In this document: positions 55,333 through 64,000 of the stretch, one piece after another
How positions within the stretch are numbered: position 1 is the first letter of the stretch
Layout of the letters: every line of letters begins with the position of its first letter
NCBI RefSeq assembly: GCF_036321535.1
Contig: NC_087437.1
Span: 41,046,001-41,110,000, forward strand
Direction: 5' to 3'
From: Camelus dromedarius
Lineage: Eukaryota
Length of the DNA: 64,000 nucleotides
The notes under the pieces: generated by a model
What the model was told of the DNA's origin: nothing
Databases searched by the model: none
The model's input: only the letters and a program-made list of their open reading frames with translations
Translations under genes and position numbers: made by a program

Positions 55333-55849
55333 CTGTAATGGAAAAATTATGAATTATAAGTGTACTAATTTATGTAAGTTTTTGTATTAATGAATGTGTA
55401 AACCACTATATAAATACATTTATATATAGTGGTTGACACTGAATCTATAATATATATTATAGTGCAAACTATGATACATATACATCACCCTAAATGAGGG
55501 TGATGCTCTGGTGGGGGATGTTCTCATAGATACAGATTTAACTTCCTTTAGTGCACTTGGTCTGCAGGATACCGGGGACCTTTTGCTTCATATTGAAGGC
55601 TCTTCATCTAAAGATATAACTGGCTTAGGACTGCTTTTAACCACTAGATCTAGATGTGAATTATTCATTGTAAGGAGAATCTGTACAAATATCCTTCATG
55701 TGTCCTTGCCTGGCTTTTATGTTCCCCCACATATGAGTAGCTGAGAGCTGGTGTAGCAAGGTGGTAGAAAAATCAACAAATAGGGAGACACATAATGGCT
55801 GTTGTTTGCTTACTATTCAAATTTGACTTGCAGTTATTAGGAATTTAAA

Positions 55850-56090
55850 AGGGGCTGGCACCTTTAAAAGGAGACCCCAGAGAGATCCCTCTCCCTCGCT
55901 GACATGGAAGGTTGTAGCAAAAAGACAGCTGTCTCTGCACCAGGAAGTGTGCCCTCCCCAGACCCCGAGTCTGCTGGCACCCTGAACTTGGACTTCCCAG
56001 GCTCTAGGACTGCGAGAAATAAATGCCTGTTGTTTATGCCACCCAGTCGATGGCATTCTGTTATAGCAGCTTGAATAGACTAAGACAGTA
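55850..56090 (+). mobile_element. MaLR LTR 3' part (MLT1A/MST-like)
   Basis: ctgctggcaccctgaacttggacttcccagg...actgcgagaaataaatgcctgttgttta.gccacccagtc...ttatagcagc...gactaagaca. Confidence 0.75.
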
Positions 56091-56299
56091 CCCATGCCAG
56101 TCTTTATCTCCATAGAATGTTTGAACAAACCAAATATTCTGTGTCCTAACGAAATTACGCAGCCCAGGATAACTGACCAAATTCTTGCTCTCTGAGCTCT
56201 TTTTCTGTAGCACATCTCTCCTGTTTATATATTCTGTCCTTAATATACTTTCAATCACTTCCTCAGCAATTTATTTCTATATTTCTAACTGACATGCTA

Positions 56300-57700
56300 A
56301 TAACGTTATTTAAAATTTTTTTTCAGTTGTGGATATTATCTACTGACTTCGTAGTATGAGGAAGATCTAGTCTCTCATAACCATCTCCTCTCTCTAGTTC
56401 TCTCTCAAACATACATGTTTCTCCCTCCCCCACGCCTCCAGTATAGTTATATTTAAAATTTGTGGTTAAGTCAATACCCTGTGCTTAAATGATTACTGGT
56501 CACAGATGAGGCACGTATTATACCATCATTATATTTCCTTTCTTGTTTTCTCAATTTTTTTTCACTTCCTTTTTTCTGTGTATCTATCTTTAAGCACAGG
56601 TCAACTTTCTGTTAGTGTTGTAAATGCCTTCATTACAGTCAAACACGGCAGGTAATCTATTAGTAACATTTTATTTTTCTTGGAGGTACGTCTTCTGGAA
56701 CCCTCCATTGTCCTACCCTGCTTGGACTAATTTCTCTACACACACATGCGCGCACGCACACACACATCTATTGGATCTGTTTCTCTAGAGAACCCCAGCT
56801 AATACAGATAGGTTATAAAATACTAAACGAAATTTTTTTTTCTTCAGAATTTTTATAGCCTTGTTCCATTGTTTTCTAATCTTTCAGTGTTGCTATAACT
56901 CTCAGAACATCTAATTCTGGGTCTATTTCATGTACACTATTTATTTATTTATAATTTGGAAGCTTTAAGAACCTTCTCATTTCCTGGGTACTGAAATAAT
57001 CATGTTGCAATGCCCACTTGTGAGTCTGTTTTCATTCTCTATACCAGGCACTCAGCAAATCTTTTTTAATTTGAGATTTTGAGGTCTTAGTTCTAGAAAC
57101 ATATCTTATATTCTTTCCTTGTTACTTTCTTCTCCTTCCATTTCTTAATTTTTTTCCCCCTAAAACTCATGTAATTTAGATTTTGAACCACTTGGACTGA
57201 AACTTTTACTTTCTTAACTTCCCTCTCCTTTTTCTTTTGTTTAGGACATTTCTTATCTTTATCCTCCAGCCCTTCTATTACATTTTTTATTCCTGTCAAT
57301 ATATTTTAATTTCCAAGATTTTTTTCTTGGTCTCTGAATGACCTCCTCCAAGCTTGTTCCATCTTTTTTTTTTTTTAAGTAACTCCTTTTCTTCTTTTAT
57401 GGAAATGGTATTTCTAATCCCTCTGGAGTTTTTATAGTTTCTTTTAAAATTTTTTACTCCACTCTTCATTATCCTTGTTTCCTCTAAAGTCCCTTCTTTG
57501 TGTTTAAGTTTCCTTCCTACTAGTGGATGTCCCCACTGTCTGGTCTAAGTGGGCTTACCGACTGCTGGGCTTCACTTTAAGGTGGGTAGGTGCTTTTATC
57601 ATGGAATTTCAAATATTAGTACCTGAACATCTTTTCTTTCTGGCCATTTAGCCTCTCCAAAGGCAATCTTACAATCTCCTGTTTAGGAGTATAAGCATGG
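56300..57700 (-). mobile_element. Very old L1 (L1ME-like) remnant
   Basis: Long T-rich degenerate tract with L1-like segments; family assignment uncertain. Confidence 0.45.
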
Positions 57701-58383
57701 CTGCCAACATTTTGGGAGCTAAACAGGGAAAGGAGGTGTGTGCGTGTGCGTGTGCGTGTGCGTGTGTATTAATGTGCCCTCATAACTGTATCCCCCACCA
57801 CCAGACTGGCTGTGCCAACCTTTCATCTAGTGTTGCAGTCGGGGAGGGTGGCTGCCTGACTGGGTTCTGGAGGATTTGCTGTTCATCAGCTTTCTAACAA
57901 TCTTCTCATTTTCAGTCCAACCCTCCACCTCAACCTCAGGTACACCTGGGGCCTTTCTGGGTTCTGTTCAGTGATTTGATTGACTTTGATGACTTTCCTG
58001 ACTGCAGACTCAGAATTCAGTGTTTCCTGGTCAGTTAGGTCTGTTCCCAGTCATCTAGTCTTGTTCAGTTTTGCTGACATTTCTTGTTTGCTGGTTTCTC
58101 TTCTCCTGGTCCCTCTGTCCTTGTGGGCTTATGACACTTTTATTCCTTCACTGCCAGTTTCATGGGTCTTTGGGAAGGAGGAGTTCAAACTGGACTTCAT
58201 TCTGGATGCACTCTTTGCACTTCATCAATCTGACTTTTTCAGAAATAATGCAAGTATATTTAAGGTTCTAGCAGTGTCTTAAACTGGTCACAAATGCATC
58301 ATCAGCGTCTGATGGAAAAACGCTGAGTGAAACTTAACTGAATAATTTGGTTTGAGTGAACAATTCCGTGTCTTGAGACTTAC

Positions 58384-58518
58384 CAACTTTGTAATGAATA
58401 CAGCCTTCCAAGTCCCCAACGGTGATCCAGCCTTGTTTCTTTTCTACTTCCGGGTCATTGTGTAGAATTCTGTTTCTTAACCATGAAAGATAGTAAACTC
58501 GTAGCTTATTCTTCTTTC
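58384..58518 (-). CDS. TNIK: TNIK CNH-domain exon
   Basis: caacag|GA...G|gtaagt; 135 nt; [44 protein letters not shown]. Confidence 0.96.
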
Positions 58519-59887
58519 CTGTTGAAATAATAGAGCTTTAATGTGAAGGCCCTGAGACAGCTTTTCCTCTCAATCCTCTCCCATCTCCATTTTATTTTAT
58601 CAATTTATTTTTATTTACAGTTGTGTGTGTGTGTGTGTGTGTGTATACACAATAACCAGTGTCTCCAGCATCATCAATGTATTGTCTCTGCTAGGACATC
58701 TGATTAAAACAGGTCCAAGTGTTTTGGTCAAATAACCATTTTATAATTTGTCTTCATCTTCTGGTTTCTTACTTGAGCAAGCTGCTCTTAAGATCTCCTC
58801 ACAGTGCAAAAGGCAGTGTCTGCTGAATTCAGTAAAAGCAAATTCTGTAATGGAATGGTTGACCAGTGTTCCAGCGAAAATATTCTCGTTCTAATTACAT
58901 GAAGGATCGTTGATACCTGGACATTTTAGCATACTTAAGTGTTAGCAATAGTTTAGTGGTTTGATTTTATCTAACAACAAAAAAAGGAATTTTATTAAGG
59001 AGACGAGAGAAACAAGGTCAACGAAGGCAATCTGGGCTCGGAAAATAAACCCTGGACACGTTTATGGTGCTGAGATCACTGAAAGGAGTACCAGACAAAA
59101 ATAAGAAAGCAGAAAAAGATGTATACTTGGAAAAAAGCTTAAAAGTTTCCTTTGATAAATGATGGTACAGTGATCCTGGAGTAAAGAATTCTTAGTATGA
59201 TAAGAAAAGATCTTAAACACACTGAGTTCACAAGGAGCAAAGTTAAATACACTATCTGAGATTGCCTGAGTACCAGATAAGGGTCGTCCCTTGGCGTGGC
59301 TTTTCCTATGTGATCAGAAGTTTAGGCCTGTGGGTTATACTTCACGGGTACTTATTTTCCTTTGATTTCTCGTAGGCATCAAAAAAATATTTTATATCTT
59401 GCAGATGTGGTATATACCAGAAGAAAAGAATTCATTAAAGAATTGCACACTGGATTTGACAGGAAAGTGCATTTACAACTTAAATTAAGAGAACCACTGT
59501 GCAGTTATTGCTGTTTTTTTGTAACCGAAAGCCTTGCACAGGCATCGACCCTAAGAGGGTGGACAGGAGGGCCCGTGCTTCTTCCTCTCTGTGCCAGAGC
59601 AGATCCGAGGGCAGTGGAGAGCCTTGGCTCCTATTTTTATTTTCTTCTTTCCCTACCTGTGTGCCTCCTGACAACAGGAAACGGTTCCACTTTTGAGAAT
59701 GGGGATGTGTCACTAAAAACATAATGAAGCCTGAACATGAATATCATGTCCACTTTTGGTAGGTGGCTGGCAGATGTATGGTTTTAAATTTGATTTGGTG
59801 GTATAGCAATCAAGAAAGCAATTAGCCAGAATAAAGGACTACAGTGAATTAAACTCAAATGATAACACAAGAATTTACTTGGTTGAC

Positions 59888-60165
59888 AAACAGACTCACA
59901 GATACAGAAAACAAACTTATGGTTACCAAAGGGGAAATTGAGGGTTGGGGATAAATTAGGAATTTGGGATTAGCAGATACAAACTACTATATATAAAATA
60001 GATAAACAACAAAGTCCTACTGTATAGCACAGGGAACTATATTCAATAGCTTGTAATAACCTATAATGAAAAAGAATATATAGAGAGCTGAATCAATCAC
60101 TGTGCTGTACACCAGAAACTAACACAACTTTGTAAATCAACTATACTTCAATAATCAAAAAAAGA
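59888..60165 (+). mobile_element. Relatively young L1 3' end (cetartiodactyl type)
   Basis: acagactcacaga...aaacaaacttatggttaccaaagggga...tgtatagcacagggaactatattcaa...aatcaactatacttcaat + A tail. Confidence 0.88.
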
Positions 60166-60276
60166 GATGATGGTTCGCTCTTGGATGGGTTTCTGCACCA
60201 CACACACACACACACACACAAAGATGAAACTCTGAGCATTCAGTGGAAAGGTAAAAGAAACGGGGAATTGTAGGGT

Positions 60277-60770
60277 TGTGAATGAAAAATGTTGCTGGCC
60301 CCATCAGTAAACAAAGGATGCTGTGGCCATCAAGTCATCAGCTACTGCTGCTGCCCCCAACGGTGAGCAGTCTGGATGAAGACAAGCAGGCTCCCTGGCC
60401 TCTGCAGCCGCCCTCAACAGTGTCCCCTGAGGGGACTCAGGATGGGAAAGAACAGGATACTGGCCCTAGACAGCTGGGTGCACATCAAAGGAACAATTTC
60501 AAAGAGCCAGACTTTTGCACCTTTCCATACATAGAAAAGCAATAAATTCCTTAACCTGAGACATCTGGTTTTCTTTAATTGACAGTAATCTTTTGATGTT
60601 GCAACTATCTGATCTTTGTGGCAAAATTCCTATAGTCCTGGCTCCTCCCCTGCCTCATTGGAGTAGTCTCTTACAGCAATCTAAGCGGCCTCCCGGGCTC
60701 GAGTCCTTAGAAAGTCTGCTCAATAAAACATAATTCTCAACTTTCAGGCTGTGTATATTTTTTCAGGCAA
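60277..60770 (+). mobile_element. ERV1-class solo LTR (MER41-like cetartiodactyl family)
   Basis: Begins TGT; ggccatcaagtcatcagc motif; internal AATAAA followed by acataattctcaactt...tgtgtatattttttcag terminus. Family name is from recollection. Confidence 0.6.
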
Positions 60771-61398
60771 TGGTGTCATATGAAGATATTTTCTCAAAAT
60801 AGAGTACAGCTGAAGAGGTAAATTTTACTCAAGGTTCAAGCCAGGAGCAGCCCTATGTTTCTCTCTGTGAAACAATGGCTGGTTCTCAAACTTGGCTGCA
60901 CGGGGGAAGCCCAGGAGCAATGAACGCTTCTGGGACCTGGGCCACACTCCCAGAGATCCAACCCGCTGGTCAGGGTGCATCCTGGGTTTCCCCATCTCCT
61001 CAGGTGGCTCTAACGTGTGGTGATACAGTCGGGTTCATACTGGATGGGATGGAAGGGGAAAAGGCGGGTGTTATTTACTAATCTCTTTCAAACACCATCC
61101 AAAAGAAAAAACTTTCAATGAAAATAGACTCCTTCAGGTTACATTTTCAATTCGTCAGTAGTTAAGGCCTTCACTTTCCCCTTTATCTTTTTTATAAGCA
61201 CTTTTTGGGAACCAGAAAGCTGCAGAGTGTAGCAGTAATGATTCCTACATTCAAATCTCCCTGCAGACTCCATCACCCGATGGGCTAGCTGCACTTGCTA
61301 AAATGTCAGTGAGACATTAAAGCTAGAGCAGTTCTTAGAAGGAAAGAGACCAGGGAAATTTCTGCTTACAAAATGTCTCACTCCCAGAAGCCTACATT

Positions 61399-61666
61399 CC
61401 CCCCACCTTATTTCATTTATTTTTTAAATTTGCATTCTCTTTTATTGAAGAATAGTCAGTTCATAATGCTGTGTCAATTTCTGGTGTACAGCATAGTGAT
61501 TCAGTCATACACATACATACATGTATTTCTTTTCAGATTCATTTTCATTATAGGTAGATATTGAATATAGTTCCCTGTGCTGTACAGTAGAAACTTGCTG
61601 TTCATCTATTTTATATTTAGTCATTAGGTGGGAAGGAATGAATTGGGAGTTCGAGATTTGCAGATA
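61399..61666 (-). mobile_element. L1 3' end with 5' inversion
   Basis: ~61440-61620 is antisense to the L1 3' end seen at 59888; ~61626-61668 is the adjacent upstream L1 part in sense orientation. Confidence 0.75.
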
Positions 61667-62014
61667 CTACATTTTTACAGTCTCCATCTGAGAGGAGATG
61701 GCAATGAGTGGAGTGCAGACCCCTGCAAAAGAGCCCTGCTGAGTCTGAGCCCCAGCAGAGGGTAAAGGCCCATTAGGACACAGTCACTGTGGTCTGCCTC
61801 TGATTTAGATCTCCTGCAGAGGTGAGCGACTTCCCTTTCAAAGAAAGCCAGAATCTCTAGAGTTACAAACTGTGGGTGATGTCACTCTGGCTGCTTGGCC
61901 ACAAGTCATGGTGCCATGTGTTAGCTGGGAAGGGCGGAGCTTCCTGGTCCTTCAGAAGGGAGGTGATCGCCTTCCCACCCCGACCCGGGGGGCTCCGTCA
62001 TCTTAGCCCCATAC

Positions 62015-62158
62015 CTGATATTGTCACGAGAACATTCAGTCCCTCTAGCACATCCATCTGCTGAAATCGCCTCCGGTTGATCAGATTATAAACTTTGCCT
62101 TGCCCACTTCGGTCCAAAAGCATCAGGCCATTTTCGGTTCCCACTAGGAGGTTTACAC
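62015..62158 (-). CDS. TNIK: TNIK CNH-domain exon
   Basis: ttgcag|GT...G|gtatgg; 144 nt; [47 protein letters not shown]. Confidence 0.96.
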
Positions 62159-63829
62159 CTGCAAATTTAAAAAGCACCCCAAGACGGACTCTTACGGGCT
62201 TTACTCTTCTGCATCTGGGGTCCCTGTAAAACCTAAGAAACTGTGCCCTGTAAATATAAACTAATAGACAAGTAGGTACTTCAGTAGGGAGTGTAGAAGG
62301 AGAGGCTGGGAGACAGTAATTAAATCACTGTCCCTCTGGTAATGAAATTAGTTTTCTTTTATAAAGTGGTAGCAGCATTCATTACATGTAGCCATTTACT
62401 ACCTAGAATAGAGTTCTTCTCAAGAGGAGCCTTAGGCACAGCTGTGATGCTGGCGCAATCTGCCTGTGTTCCTTTCCTGTAATCCCCATCCTCCTTGGCT
62501 CTCCCCATAAATCCCATCTCGAGGTTCAGCCTTTCCCGATTCATGCAGTGATGTCTATCCTATTCACCTCTGACATATAATAGAGGGCCCCATTCTGTAT
62601 CCTACTGGCAGAAAATCCCTTCCACTTCTCACACCAAAGCTTAATTTACATCTCACACCCAAGGTTCTGCTCTTTGTTAGGGAGATGATAAGCCAATTCA
62701 AGTGAAGGTATTAATAACCCGAGAGTCATAGAAGTATTGACTGTAAGGGACTTCTCAGGCACTAACTCTAGTCCAGCCCATCTCTCGCGTAGTAATTCCT
62801 ATTACAAAAACTCGGGTAACTAAGTGGCCTGAATGGCTACAATCCTGAAAATTCACCCCTAGGCAAACGAACACCCCCCACGCCCAACAAGCACACAGAC
62901 CTGCACACACGTGGGGCCATCTACGGTGCAATGGCCTATATTCACGAACAGGTAACTTTTTCAACTTCTCTTGCTTATTGCACATCTATCTTCTAAGTAA
63001 AATTAATGCCTGCTCCTTCCACCACATGTTCATGTGTCTTTCAACCACATGTTCATTGAAACCACATGTGTCAACCACATGTTCAACCACATCTCCCATG
63101 AGATGGTTTCTAGGCTTATGCTCGCCCCTGCTAACATCTCAAATGCTTTTGCCCTTATATGATTGTGGTGCCCCAAACCAGGCCTACAATTCTGGATGAG
63201 TACAGATGGGCTGTGTCTTTCCTTGATCAGTATGTGATGTTTATGATAACACAGACCAGGATTTTGATAGAATCTCATCACACCTATACTGAGTCTGAGG
63301 TCAGTTAAAGCTTGCAGATCTTCTTCACAAGAACTGCAGGTTGATGTTTTGAACTAAAAGAGAAGGCCCATCATTTGCTGTCCTTTGAGTTTTACCTTGC
63401 TACTATCACTGGCATGGCTTTTGGCAATTCACTAAAATATTCCAGGCTGTTTTTTCAGCTGTGACATGGAGGTGACACCATTATTCCCCTTGCGGAGTGT
63501 TGTGTGGATCCCAGGGACAGAATGTGGGCACATCACCCAGTGCTGGGCACACGGTGGATGTGTGTTACGTGGTAGCCAGTTCAGTTGTTGGCTTGAGCCC
63601 ATAACTGTTATGTGACAAGGTCATTCTGCATCTCATTTTGTTATCCCGGGTACAAGGGGTCAGTTCTTTCTACATGTAAAATTGCTCTTGATCTCTCCTG
63701 AGGCTACGACAGTCCCAAGTCGGGGCTCTGACACCCACGATTCCATCAGCACTCTTCTGAAGGTAAGATCCACATGCTTTCATGTTTGAGGGTCACTTCA
63801 CTGATGAGTGGTAAAAAGCACCAACTTAC

Positions 63830-64000
63830 CCCACAGGGCCGCACAAAGTATTTCAGAGTTGAATCGCTTCTTGTATTTTCTGATTTCTGGTGTGTCGCTA
63901 TGAGGCCGAATGTTGGTTGGGTTTACGTTTACCACTGAAATCTTTCTTGCTTCATTGAGTTTGGCCTGTTCTTGCCTAAGAAGTTCGCTAGTAAACAGAG
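63830..64000 (-). CDS. TNIK: TNIK exon (start of CNH domain; 5' boundary at or beyond the window edge)
   Basis: [57 protein letters not shown]; donor G|gtaagt; acceptor not visible. Confidence 0.93.

Noticed and set aside
60277..60770. MER41-like LTR as an interferon-inducible enhancer
   Set aside because: I found no perfect GAS motif (TTCNNNGAA) by eye, and the family assignment is uncertain.

Overview
Mammalian genomic DNA, most likely a camelid, inferred from three copies of a tRNA-derived Vic-1-like SINE. The minus strand carries the complete 11-exon SLC2A2 (GLUT2) gene: ATG at 25596, stop at 1854-1856, exon CDS lengths 15+93+263+125+116+163+188+105+102+204+201 = 1575 nt = 524 aa + stop, with an intact frame. 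It also carries the last eight coding exons of TNIK (CNH domain, stop at 48322-48324) and a probable ~5.5 kb 3' UTR. The rest is intronic/intergenic sequence with L1, L2, MIR, MaLR/ERV LTR and SINE insertions plus microsatellites. The most notable observation is that this GLUT2 has His at position 62 (H-S-T), where human GLUT2 has its only N-glycosylation sequon (N62-S-T), and no replacement extracellular sequon exists. Secondary points are substitutions in the TM7 substrate-selectivity region, a GC-AG intron 2, an upstream CpG-rich island and a SINE/L1-tail chimera. Comparisons to human and other orthologues are from memory and need a real alignment. No prokaryote-type system is present, and nearly all supplied ORFs other than the exon overlaps are spurious.
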